Below are positions 37,392-46,068 of a DNA stretch of 64,000 bases, one piece after another. Position numbers and translations under genes: made by a program. The notes under the pieces are model-generated. The model was given only the letters and a program-made list of their open reading frames with translations, had not been told where the DNA came from and did not search any database. Positions within the stretch are counted from its first letter, which is position 1; each line of letters begins with the position of its first letter. This DNA is from Thermodesulfobacteriota bacterium. GTDB lineage: Bacteria > Desulfobacterota > UBA8473. Location: assembly GCA_034189035.1 (NCBI GenBank), contig JAXHVA010000005.1:24628-88627 (forward strand), in the 5' to 3' direction.

Positions 37392-38948
37392 TTACTCCCA
37401 TTCAATCGTGCTTGGAGGTTTGGAAGATATATCATATACTACCCTGTTAACCCCTTTTACCTCATTGATGATTCGATTCGCCAGCTTGCCAAGGAATTCG
37501 TAAGGAAGCTTTACCCAATCTGCGGTCATACCATCGAGACTCTGGACAACTCGAAGTGCGATAGCATTTTCGTATGTCCTCTCATCTCCCATAACACCGA
37601 CTGTCTTAATAGGGAGAAGAACAGCAAAGGACTGCCAAATCTGACTGTAACATTCTGTCTTTCTAACCTCTTTTGAAACGATAGAGTCCGCTTCTCTTAG
37701 AATCGACAATCTCTCTTTTGTTACCTTACCGAGTATTCTCACAGCCAACCCAGGGCCAGGAAAAGGCTGCCTGTTTATTATTTCATCAGGCAATCCCAAT
37801 TCAGATCCTGCAATCCTGACCTCATCTTTAAAGAGCTCTCTCAATGGTTCAATCAATTTTAGGTTCATATTTTCCGGAAGCCCTCCAACATTGTGATGGC
37901 TCTTGATTGTGGCTGATGGTCCCTTAAATGAAACACTCTCTATTACATCAGGATAGAGTGTTCCCTGTGCAAGATACTCAACTTCTCCAATAGCTTCAGC
38001 CTCCTTTTCGAACAGATAGATAAACTCATTTCCTATGATTTTTCTTTTCTGCTCAGGGTCTGTAATGCCCTCCAGTTTTTGCAGGAAAGTATTTTCAGCA
38101 TCGATATAATGGAGGTTCATTTTATAATTCTTACCAAAGACTGCCCTTACTTCCTTTGCTTCATCCTTTCTCAGCAAACCATTATTAACAAAGACACATA
38201 CGAGTTGATCACCAATCGCTTTATGGAGGAGTACCGCTACTACAGATGAATCAACACCTCCACTCAATGCACAAATGACTTTTTTATTTTTTATCTCCGT
38301 TCTGATCTTGTCAATAGAGTTCTCGATAAAAGACCCCATAGTCCAATTCGGAAGGCATTTACATACATGGTTCAAAAAATTTTTGAGGATTTCCATGCCT
38401 TTTGGGGTATGAGCAACCTCTGGATGAAATTGAATTCCAAATATCCTCGATTCTCTATCCTTTATAGCTGCAATAGGGGAATTTTCACTATGAGCGATGG
38501 AAGTAAAACCCGGGGGCATGGTCTGGATCTTATCCCCATGGCTCATCCATACATCGATTGAAGAGTTATTCTCAAAGCCAACGAATAGATCTGTAAAATC
38601 ATCTATCTTCAGTTTTGTCTGTCCGTATTCACCCTTGAGTGAACCTTTAACCCTTCCTCCTAAAAGGTGGGCTATACACTGCATTCCATAGCAAATCCCA
38701 AGGATTGGGATGGCCAATTTAAATATATCTAAAGAACAATTAGGGGCTTTTTCACTGTAGACACTGGAAGGGCCTCCTGAGAGGATAATGCCTTTGGGAT
38801 TAAATCTCTCAATCTCCTCTAGGCGGATAGTATAGGGTTGAATTTCACAGTATACCCTGCATTCTCGAACCCTTCTTGCGATTAACTGGGTGTATTGAGA
38901 ACCAAAGTCTAAAACGAGTATTTTATCTTTATGAATATCAACTGACAC
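37392..38948 (-). CDS. guaA: GMP synthase (glutamine-hydrolysing)
   Basis: 518-aa ORF. GATase region [23 protein letters not shown]-PPase loop SGGVDSSV, C-terminus PPSTIEWE. Confidence 0.97.
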   Translation of the reverse strand: MSVDIHKDKILVLDFGSQYTQLIARRVRECRVYCEIQPYTIRLEEIERFNPKGIILSGGPSSVYSEKAPNCSLDIFKLAIPILGICYGMQCIAHLLGGRVKGSLKGEYGQTKLKIDDFTDLFVGFENNSSIDVWMSHGDKIQTMPPGFTSIAHSENSPIAAIKDRESRIFGIQFHPEVAHTPKGMEILKNFLNHVCKCLPNWTMGSFIENSIDKIRTEIKNKKVICALSGGVDSSVVAVLLHKAIGDQLVCVFVNNGLLRKDEAKEVRAVFGKNYKMNLHYIDAENTFLQKLEGITDPEQKRKIIGNEFIYLFEKEAEAIGEVEYLAQGTLYPDVIESVSFKGPSATIKSHHNVGGLPENMNLKLIEPLRELFKDEVRIAGSELGLPDEIINRQPFPGPGLAVRILGKVTKERLSILREADSIVSKEVRKTECYSQIWQSFAVLLPIKTVGVMGDERTYENAIALRVVQSLDGMTADWVKLPYEFLGKLANRIINEVKGVNRVVYDISSKPPSTIEWE

Positions 38949-39025
38949 ATCTATTTCTCTTGCTACCCATTTGCGATTATCGGTGTAATATAAAATATGT
39001 GCATTCTAAAGCACTTCAAATTGAT

Positions 39026-40489
39026 TTACTCGAGCCGATAGTTGGGTGCCTCTCTTGTAATGATAACATCATGGACATGGCTCTCTTTAAGACCGGATGG
39101 TGTTATCTTTAAAAATCTGGCTTTTGTGTGTAACTCATGGAGGTTCCTGCACCCCAAATACCCCATCCCAGCCTTTAGACCTCCTAACAACTGATAGATA
39201 TTCGAAGAGAGAGATCCTCTGTAGGGAACCCTCCCTTCAATTCCTTCGGGAACGAGTTTTGCATCGTTTATTACATCATCCTGAAAGTATCTGTCTTTGC
39301 TCCCCTTTTTCATCGCCTCTAAAGAACCCATTCCTCTGTATACCTTATAACTTCTTCCTTGAAAGATAACAGTCTCTCCAGGGCTCTCGTCTGTACCGGC
39401 GAAAAGGTTTCCTATCATAACCGAGTCTGCCCCAGAAGCAATTGCTTTTGTAACATCCCCTGAGAATTTTATACCACCGTCTGAGATGAGTGGAACATTA
39501 AATTTCTCTCCGACTTTTTTGCATTCCAATATCGCTGTGATCTGCGGAACACCAACTCCAGCGATAACCCTCGTTGTACAAATAGATCCTGGTCCTACCC
39601 CAATTTTAACTCCATCACACCCTGCCTTAATTAAATCCGCAGTAGCCTCCTTTGTTGCCACATTTCCTGCTATCAATTCACAGTTGGAGAAATTTTTCTT
39701 GGTGTCAGCAATCGCTTCTAATACATTTTTTGTATGGGCATGGGAAGTATCGATTACAATAATATCCGTTCCTGCCCTTAAAAGGGCTTCTGTTCTCTCT
39801 TCTCGATCTGAAGTGATTCCAATGGCTGCGCCTACTCTTAGCCTTCCCAGATGATCCTTACATGCGTTTGGATATTTTCGTATCTTTTCTATATCCTTTA
39901 TGGTTATTAACCCTTTCAGGTTATTATCATCATCAACCACAAGGAGTTTTTCTATTCTGTTTTTGTGGAGGAGTTTTTTTGATTCTTCTAAGGTAATCCC
40001 AACAGGTGCTGTAACCAGGTTTTCTTTGGTCATTACATTGTCTATCTTTTGATCGAGGTCCTCCTCAAACCTCAGATCTCTATTCGTTAATATCCCTACC
40101 AATTTCCCCTTACTAACAATTGGAACACCTGATATCCGGTACCTTTCCATTATATCGAGTGCCTCATAGATCCTGTTGTCAGGATGCATGGTAATCGGGT
40201 CCACAATCATTCCGCTTTCGGATTTCTTTACCTTTTCAACCTCCAATACCTGGGATTTAATGCTGAGATTCCTGTGGATAATCCCTATCCCTCCCTCTCT
40301 TGACATACATATAGCGGTTCTAGATTCTGTAACTGTATCCATGGCTGCACTGATTATGGGCATATTCAGTTTTATTGATTTGGTCAGTGAGGTAGAAATA
40401 TCTACGTCTTTTGGAAGCACATCAGATTTTTCAGGCAACAGCAAGACATCATCAAATGTTAAAGAAATAGGGAAAGTATCTTCGTTCAT
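39026..40489 (-). CDS. guaB: IMP dehydrogenase
   Basis: 487-aa [13 protein letters not shown], a CBS pair, catalytic loop [11 protein letters not shown], and GSLEAM. Confidence 0.97.
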   Translation of the reverse strand: MNEDTFPISLTFDDVLLLPEKSDVLPKDVDISTSLTKSIKLNMPIISAAMDTVTESRTAICMSREGGIGIIHRNLSIKSQVLEVEKVKKSESGMIVDPITMHPDNRIYEALDIMERYRISGVPIVSKGKLVGILTNRDLRFEEDLDQKIDNVMTKENLVTAPVGITLEESKKLLHKNRIEKLLVVDDDNNLKGLITIKDIEKIRKYPNACKDHLGRLRVGAAIGITSDREERTEALLRAGTDIIVIDTSHAHTKNVLEAIADTKKNFSNCELIAGNVATKEATADLIKAGCDGVKIGVGPGSICTTRVIAGVGVPQITAILECKKVGEKFNVPLISDGGIKFSGDVTKAIASGADSVMIGNLFAGTDESPGETVIFQGRSYKVYRGMGSLEAMKKGSKDRYFQDDVINDAKLVPEGIEGRVPYRGSLSSNIYQLLGGLKAGMGYLGCRNLHELHTKARFLKITPSGLKESHVHDVIITREAPNYRLE

Positions 40490-40594
40490 TATGTCTCCTT
40501 ATATAATTAAATATTCATTTGTATAATAATTTTCTCCTGCTGTCAAGGCAAAACGGGAGTATTCTGTGTTTTATCATTTATGAATGAGTATAAC

Positions 40595-42880
40595 CTAATG
40601 TCCTGATAGAATCTCCCTTATTTTTTTAGAGATAAGTTCCATATTGAAGGGTTTCTGTATAAAGCCATTACATCCCCTTTCAAGTACCCTTGTGGCCTGG
40701 GCATCTATACTATAACCGCTTGAAAGAAGAATCTTACTATTAGGTTCTAATCCTTTTATCCTATCACATACATCCGCACCTTTCATATCTGGCATAATCA
40801 TATCGAGGATAATAAGATCGATTTTTTCTTTATTGTTTTTTAATAATTTTAGCGCTTCCTTCCCACTATTCGCCGATAAAACAGTATATCCGATCTCCTC
40901 GAGCATCTCAGTGACAACCTCAATAATCACCTCTTCATCATCAACTAAAAGGATCGTCTCTTTAAAAGTACCAGTAAATATCTCATCAGCTAGTTCTATC
41001 TTTTCTTTCTTCACTTTCCCAATTATCGCTGGAAGATAAATAATAAATACTGTCCCCTCTCGCTCTTTACTGTCCACATGGATAATACCACCGTGGTTTT
41101 TGATTATCCCATATGATGAGAAAAGCCCTAAACCAGTTCCCCGATTCATCTCTTTTGTTGTAAAAAACGGGTCAAATATCCTCTGTTGAGTTGCATCATC
41201 CATACCCATGCCAGTGTCGGCAACAGATATCTTAACAAAATTGCCCGGCTTTATGTTGAAAGGCCTTGCATAATCTTCCGACAAAATTGTATTTTCTGTT
41301 TCAATGGATATATCACCACCATCGGGCATGGCCTGCCAGGCATTAATAAAAAGATTCAACATCGTCTGTTCAATCTGTCCCTGGTCTGCGTCTACACCCC
41401 ATATTTCTTTCTGATATTTTTTATGAATCCTTATCTCTTTTTTTGTACGGGCGAACATCTGAGAGGTCTTTTCGATCAACTCGTTTAAGTCGGTCGGTTT
41501 GACATCGTACATCCCTCCTCTGGCAAATCCTAGAAGCTGTCTGGTAAGATGAGAACCACTCACAACTGCATCTTCTATCCCCTTGAGATGATTAAAATGG
41601 CTATGACCGCTACTGATATCCTTAAGCATTAAAGATGTATGGCCTTGGATACCCATAAGGAGGTTGTTAAAATCATGGGCAATTCCTCCTGCAAGAGTCC
41701 CAATTGCCTCCATCTTCTGAGATTGCTGGAGTTGGGCTTCTACTTTCCTTAGAGATGTAATATCCCTTATAAATGAAAGGTTAGCAGGTTTACCATGCCA
41801 GGAGACCCTTACAGCGTTGAGTTGTGCAAAAAATATTTCTCCGTATTTACTTACACCTCTGAAAGTATAATAGTTTGGAACATCCTCCCCTTTAATCCTT
41901 CTCAAGTATCGATCATAGACCATCTCTCTATCCTCATGATGGATGAGATCAATGAAGGGGATATTGAGAAGTTCTTCTTCAGTATACCCTAATTCAGACA
42001 ATAGGCGAGGATTTGCATACTTGATTCTCCCCTCCTGTGTAATGGTTATGCCGTCATTAGCATTCTCAACAAGCAACCTGTACTTTTCTTCTGATTCCCT
42101 CAAAGCCTTAAGTGTATTCCTTTGCTCTGAGATATCATGGAATACCAGAACAAAACCAATAACATCTTCCTTTTCATCTTTTATCAGTATGCCATAGTTA
42201 TCAACAGGCCATCTGGTGCCATCTTTGGCAATTAATAGAGTTCTATTTGCAAGACCTGTAATATTGCCTTCTCGAAATACTTCTGCTGCAAGACCATCAA
42301 TGCCCTTCCCTGTCTTTTCGTTTACGATCTGAAAGACTTCTTTCAAAGGCAGATCAATGGCATCTTCTTCCTTCCAGCCTGTTAATTCTTGTGCTATGGG
42401 ATTCATGAATCGTATTATAGAATTTGCATCCGTTGCGATTACCCCGTCTCTGATACTCTTAATGGTTCTTAAAAGCCACTGCTCACTGTTTTTTAACCTT
42501 CTTTCCATCCTGTGTTTATAAAGGGCCATCTCAATGGTTGTTCTCAATTCCCTTTCTTGAAATGGTTTTATAATGTATTCATAAGGCTCTGCAACCTTTG
42601 CCCGCTGTATTATCTCTTCATTCGAGGAGGCAGTAACATAGATAATAGGGATGTCAAGACAGGAGCGTATCTGATATGCAGCGTCAATACCGTTTAACTT
42701 TCCGGGAAGCATAATTCCCATCAATATCAAATCAGGTTTTTCATCTTCTGCTTTTTTTATTGCGTCCTCTCCATATGCAACTACTGCACAAACAGAATGT
42801 CCAATTTCCTCTAAGTATATTCTTAAATCTTCTGCCACAATGCCCTCATCTTCAACAATCAGAATTCTTCCTTTTTCCAT
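40595..42880 (-). CDS. hybrid sensor histidine kinase: (pseudo)REC-PAS-PAS-HisKA-HATPase-REC
   Basis: 761-aa ORF. H-box GGIAHDFNNLL, N-box, and G-boxes DTGMGMD / GTGLGL. The C-terminal REC has DLIILDMIMPDM. The N-terminal REC has G in place of the phospho-acceptor Asp (DLILMGIMLPG). Confidence 0.9.
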   Translation of the reverse strand: MEKGRILIVEDEGIVAEDLRIYLEEIGHSVCAVVAYGEDAIKKAEDEKPDLILMGIMLPGKLNGIDAAYQIRSCLDIPIIYVTASSNEEIIQRAKVAEPYEYIIKPFQERELRTTIEMALYKHRMERRLKNSEQWLLRTIKSIRDGVIATDANSIIRFMNPIAQELTGWKEEDAIDLPLKEVFQIVNEKTGKGIDGLAAEVFREGNITGLANRTLLIAKDGTRWPVDNYGILIKDEKEDVIGFVLVFHDISEQRNTLKALRESEEKYRLLVENANDGITITQEGRIKYANPRLLSELGYTEEELLNIPFIDLIHHEDREMVYDRYLRRIKGEDVPNYYTFRGVSKYGEIFFAQLNAVRVSWHGKPANLSFIRDITSLRKVEAQLQQSQKMEAIGTLAGGIAHDFNNLLMGIQGHTSLMLKDISSGHSHFNHLKGIEDAVVSGSHLTRQLLGFARGGMYDVKPTDLNELIEKTSQMFARTKKEIRIHKKYQKEIWGVDADQGQIEQTMLNLFINAWQAMPDGGDISIETENTILSEDYARPFNIKPGNFVKISVADTGMGMDDATQQRIFDPFFTTKEMNRGTGLGLFSSYGIIKNHGGIIHVDSKEREGTVFIIYLPAIIGKVKKEKIELADEIFTGTFKETILLVDDEEVIIEVVTEMLEEIGYTVLSANSGKEALKLLKNNKEKIDLIILDMIMPDMKGADVCDRIKGLEPNSKILLSSGYSIDAQATRVLERGCNGFIQKPFNMELISKKIREILSGH

Positions 42881-42938
42881 AGGTAATATCCTTTTTTATC
42901 TGTTCTTAAATGTTATTTTGAATCTGAGCCCTTTATTG

Positions 42939-43335
42939 TTATCTGTCTCTTTTTTTCTCACGCTGCTCTAATAAAGTCCTTACCAGTTGCAATCCTATAG
43001 GTTCTGTACTTAAGTGAATTGGAAATGAGTTTATTGATGATCAGCCCACATGAAATAGCCCGATCAAGTCAAAAGAGAACATCACCGATATCGATGCACA
43101 TAGAAATTCGATCGGATCTATCCTGTATGAGCGGAATATACTTTCTTGCCGATGTCTTCATATTCAGCGAGATCGATAGTTGCAATATCTTTAGATTGGT
43201 GAAGCCTTTCATGGATAACGGCCATAGATCGTATGAGGTATATATTGGCTATGATCTTCTAAAATAAAACGAGCGGGTAGTTGTTTCTCTGGGAGGTTAA
43301 GGGATTTAAGATAATCGACCTTGTGCTTGATAGAG
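42939..43335 (-). pseudogene. decayed HisKA_2-type sensor kinase remnant
   Basis: Hand translation of the minus strand in shifting frames gives IKHKVDYLKSLNL (degenerate IHHRVKNNLQ H-box, ~43317-43331), LIRSMAVIHERLHQSKDIATIDLAEYEDIGKKVY followed by a stop (~43118-43240), and STEPIGLQLVRTLLEQ followed by a stop at ~42939. These are characteristic HisKA_2/HATPase strings interrupted by stops and frameshifts. Confidence 0.45.
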
Positions 43336-43528
43336 GAATCGATTCCTTTTGAACTGATTTCGGCTTCAACATTTTCAATAGAAGAGGATTTTCGGATTCA
43401 CCTTTGTCTTGAACCTCGAAGAGCTCGGTGTGTATATTCTAACTGATTTTTTTATGACCTTATGACCTCAAATATAATCCAATTTTATGAACATATCAAG
43501 TGTTTAAAAAAGAAAAGCCTCTTTATCC

Positions 43529-43557
43529 TTGACAGGCTATGAATAATTGCATATAAA
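43529..43557 (+). promoter_or_regulatory. sigma70-type promoter (TTGACA-17 nt-TATAAA)
   Basis: Consensus -35 box, exact 17-nt spacer and near-consensus -10 box, read directly in the sequence. It lies ~135 nt upstream of the ABM-domain gene. Confidence 0.5.
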
Positions 43558-43692
43558 AAATTATAAAGAAAGATGCTTTTCAAGAGTATCTACATTCAGT
43601 GTTAGTATGCAATCTGTTAAAAAAGTAGTAAGATCGTGACTTAAGACGGAATTAATCAGAATAAAATTTTAATCACGCAAAGGAGGCAAGAA

Positions 43693-43989
43693 ATGATTGT
43701 TGTAATTGCTATTTTAAAAGCACAAGCTGGAAAAGAAAACGAGATGGAAGAGGCATTACGAGCGATGATACCCAAAGTGGAATCTGAAGAGGGGACACTT
43801 GCTTACATCCTGCATCGTTCTCAGGTCGAACCTGGAAAGTTCGTGTTCTATGAAAAGTATGAGGACAAAGCTGCCTTTGATCATCATAGTTCCACACCCT
43901 ATATTCAAGAACTTTTTGGGAAGATAGGCCCTCTTTTAGACGGACAGCCTACTATAGAAATGTGCGAGGAGTTGGCAGCGAAAAAATAA
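43693..43989 (+). CDS. antibiotic-biosynthesis-monooxygenase (ABM) domain protein
   Basis: 98-aa ORF. The ferredoxin-like pattern VIAILKAQAGKENEMEEAL...FYEKYEDKAAFDHHSSTPY is typical of ABM/YgiN-like proteins. A strong RBS (AAAGGAGG) lies upstream. Confidence 0.8.
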   Translation: MIVVIAILKAQAGKENEMEEALRAMIPKVESEEGTLAYILHRSQVEPGKFVFYEKYEDKAAFDHHSSTPYIQELFGKIGPLLDGQPTIEMCEELAAKK

Positions 43990-44029
43990 CACTGCCTTTG
44001 TTTTTATATCATTCTCAAATTAATTTCAC

Positions 44030-44058
44030 CATTCACCCTGTGCAATACAGGGTGAATG
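44030..44058. terminator. bidirectional intrinsic terminator-like hairpin (12-bp perfect stem, 5-nt loop)
   Basis: CATTCACCCTGT-GCAAT-ACAGGGTGAATG sits between convergent genes, 5 nt after the minus-strand stop and 40 nt after the plus-strand stop. The flanks are moderately T/A-rich. Confidence 0.6.
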
Positions 44059-44063
44059 ATTAT

Positions 44064-45812
44064 TTACTTAACAAGACTTGCCCCATCTTCTTTTTTTTTC
44101 AAATACTCACTATACTCAACCAGCTTTGAAAGGACTAAAGCCGCTTTCTTTCCTGAAGAAAAAGAATAAAATTTTCCACCTTTTAGGGTTGTTGGGCCTT
44201 CTGTAAAATTTGTCGTGATGATTGGTTTATTATAATCATGTATCCATTTCAGTATAAGGGCCTCTAAGAGTGGTTGGAAACTATTGAGCAGCCGCTCTAC
44301 CATTTGATCATCAATATCATTTAAGTCCGTAACGTTTACTATTTGAGAGAATACCTGAAAGATAGTTGGATCCACAAAGTCCGATGTAATAAGACGTGCA
44401 ATCTGATCCGCAAACTCCTGAATGTCTTCTTTTTTAGATGTCCCAAATATTGAAAAGAATATGAAGAGCAAAGAACGCATGAGTCTCGTTATCCTCGATG
44501 TTTTGTGAGCATGACCATCAGAGGAAGCTGACTGGTTTACCTTTTCTATATCTACCAAGGGCAGTATCGTATTCTTAAACATGCCGGCAAAGTCATGGTT
44601 CATAGATGAGACTAAAGATGGAAAACTGGAAAAACCGTCGAACCCCATAAATATCAACGAGTCGACTTCATTGAGATCTAGGAGCATCTCAGGAGCCTTC
44701 AAATAGGCTGTAAAATTCCGGTCTCCGGCAGGATCCACAGGATTCCCCTTGCTCCATCTTGGAGGAAATATCTTATCAAAAGCGGCAACAGTCTCTTGGG
44801 AAAGATCAATCACATTGAGCCCCATGGAAGCACATGCATCGGCGCAAAGTACGCCATAACTTCCGCCAGGAGTCATAATAGCGACGTTTCTGCCCTCTGG
44901 TAAAGGCTGCGTCAGATATCCAACCGCTATATCCACAAGTTCATCCGGGGTGTCTGCCCTGATGACCCCTGCCTTTTTAAACGCACTGTCCCAAATACTG
45001 CTGGAACCTGCAATCGTACCAGAATGTGAGCGTATGGCCTTAGTAGCAGCATTTGTTCTTCCGGGTTTCAATGCAATAACAGGCTTCTCTCTGGTGACTT
45101 TCCTAACCTTTTCCACGAACCTATCTCCGTCATCCAAGCCTTCGATATAGGCGAGAATCACCTTTATCTCCGGATCATTTCCGAAAGATTCGATGTATTC
45201 TTCGATCTGTATATCGGCTGTGCAGCCACAACTGATGTATCTTCGAAACCCGATATTGCGATCTGTTGCGGTAGTTACGATTGCTCCGCCTACGTTTCCA
45301 CCCTGGCTTACAAAACCGATAGGGCCAGGCAAGATCGGGATAGGAAACATGAAGGCCCTCAGTTCTGAAGAAGCACTATAATATCCCATACAATTTGGAC
45401 CGATAAAGATAAGGTTTCCGCTTCGGGCAATACGAACGACCTCATCTTGAAGTTTCCTGCCTTCTTCACCTGTTTCTGAAAAACCTGCAGATATAATAAC
45501 CCCTGCCTTTACACCTTTTTTTACGCAATCTTCCATTACTTTTGGTATTGCAGGCGCAGGGATAACGAATATTGCAAGATCAACCAACTCATCATCAGGG
45601 ATATCGAGAACGGATTTATATGCCCTTCTTCCTACAACAATCTCTTCTGAATTGTTTACCGGATAGACCTTTCCCCTAAAACCGTTCAAAGCACTGGTGA
45701 AGGTGGAAAATCCCCATTTGTTCCAGCTATTTGTTGCACCTATAACAGCAACAGATCGAGGGTCATAAAGAGGCGTAAATTCTCTTTTGGTGTCATCGTT
45801 TCCAACAGTCAT
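44064..45812 (-). CDS. ADP-forming acyl-CoA synthetase alpha-like protein (CoA-binding + CoA-ligase domains, no ATP-grasp)
   Basis: 582-aa ORF. PRSVAVIGATNSWNKWGF...VYPVN forms the CoA_binding domain. The phospho-His loop is IRSHSGTIAGS. No ATP-grasp motifs are present, and the C-terminal third carries an insertion of about 110 aa. Confidence 0.7.
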   Translation of the reverse strand: MTVGNDDTKREFTPLYDPRSVAVIGATNSWNKWGFSTFTSALNGFRGKVYPVNNSEEIVVGRRAYKSVLDIPDDELVDLAIFVIPAPAIPKVMEDCVKKGVKAGVIISAGFSETGEEGRKLQDEVVRIARSGNLIFIGPNCMGYYSASSELRAFMFPIPILPGPIGFVSQGGNVGGAIVTTATDRNIGFRRYISCGCTADIQIEEYIESFGNDPEIKVILAYIEGLDDGDRFVEKVRKVTREKPVIALKPGRTNAATKAIRSHSGTIAGSSSIWDSAFKKAGVIRADTPDELVDIAVGYLTQPLPEGRNVAIMTPGGSYGVLCADACASMGLNVIDLSQETVAAFDKIFPPRWSKGNPVDPAGDRNFTAYLKAPEMLLDLNEVDSLIFMGFDGFSSFPSLVSSMNHDFAGMFKNTILPLVDIEKVNQSASSDGHAHKTSRITRLMRSLLFIFFSIFGTSKKEDIQEFADQIARLITSDFVDPTIFQVFSQIVNVTDLNDIDDQMVERLLNSFQPLLEALILKWIHDYNKPIITTNFTEGPTTLKGGKFYSFSSGKKAALVLSKLVEYSEYLKKKEDGASLVK

Positions 45813-45875
45813 TGCATTTCCTCCTAAATGATTGTATTCAGCAACAGCATTCGTTATTTTGTTTTTGACTATTTT

Positions 45876-45904
45876 ATTTTATATTAAAAACCGAAAATAG
45901 TCAA
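45876..45904 (-). promoter_or_regulatory. sigma70-type promoter candidate (TTGACT-17 nt-TAAAAT) for the acyl-CoA synthetase-like gene
   Basis: Read on the minus strand, ~65 nt upstream of the ATG at 45812. The -35 box is the right arm of a 12-bp inverted repeat. Confidence 0.4.
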
Positions 45905-45962
45905 ATTTGACTGCAGAGATAAATGACTCACACTATTATCCTCGATAAAAAAATGATCGGTC

Positions 45963-45992
45963 TTGACGACCTCGATCATTGTGTTATATAAT
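45963..45992 (+). promoter_or_regulatory. sigma70-type promoter candidate (TTGACG-16/18 nt-TATATAAT) for glnS
   Basis: Read directly in the sequence, ~80 nt upstream of the glnS ATG at 46069. Confidence 0.45.
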
Positions 45993-46068
45993 CATCTCAA
46001 TAGTCAACCTTGAGAACCCTTTTCCGCTTTTTATGCGGTTTTTTTATAGAGTCCATAGGAGTTGGTTT

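Noticed and set aside
37116-37676. 186-aa plus-strand ORF spanning the dnaE/guaA junction
   Set aside because: It is antisense to two strongly supported genes and has no recognisable domain.
43019-43267. 82-aa plus-strand ORF between the hybrid kinase and the ABM gene
   Set aside because: It lies antisense to recognisable, though broken, HisKA_2 kinase coding remnants. It has no RBS and no motif.
46024-46045. Terminator/attenuator-like hairpin plus T7 run in the glnS leader (CCGC-N7-GCGG-TTTTTTT)
   Set aside because: The stem is only 4 bp and cannot be extended. That is too weak to call an attenuator, and no T-box or leader-peptide features were seen.
45979-46068. N-terminal extensions of track ORFs (glnS from 45979, mutS to 31818, ppdK to 51400, wzt to 12967, moaC to 55845, HIT to 32679)
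   Set aside because: The extensions start at weak or alternative codons, overlap upstream genes or promoters, and add residues absent from the conserved family N-termini. Internal ATGs with AGGAG-type RBS fit better.
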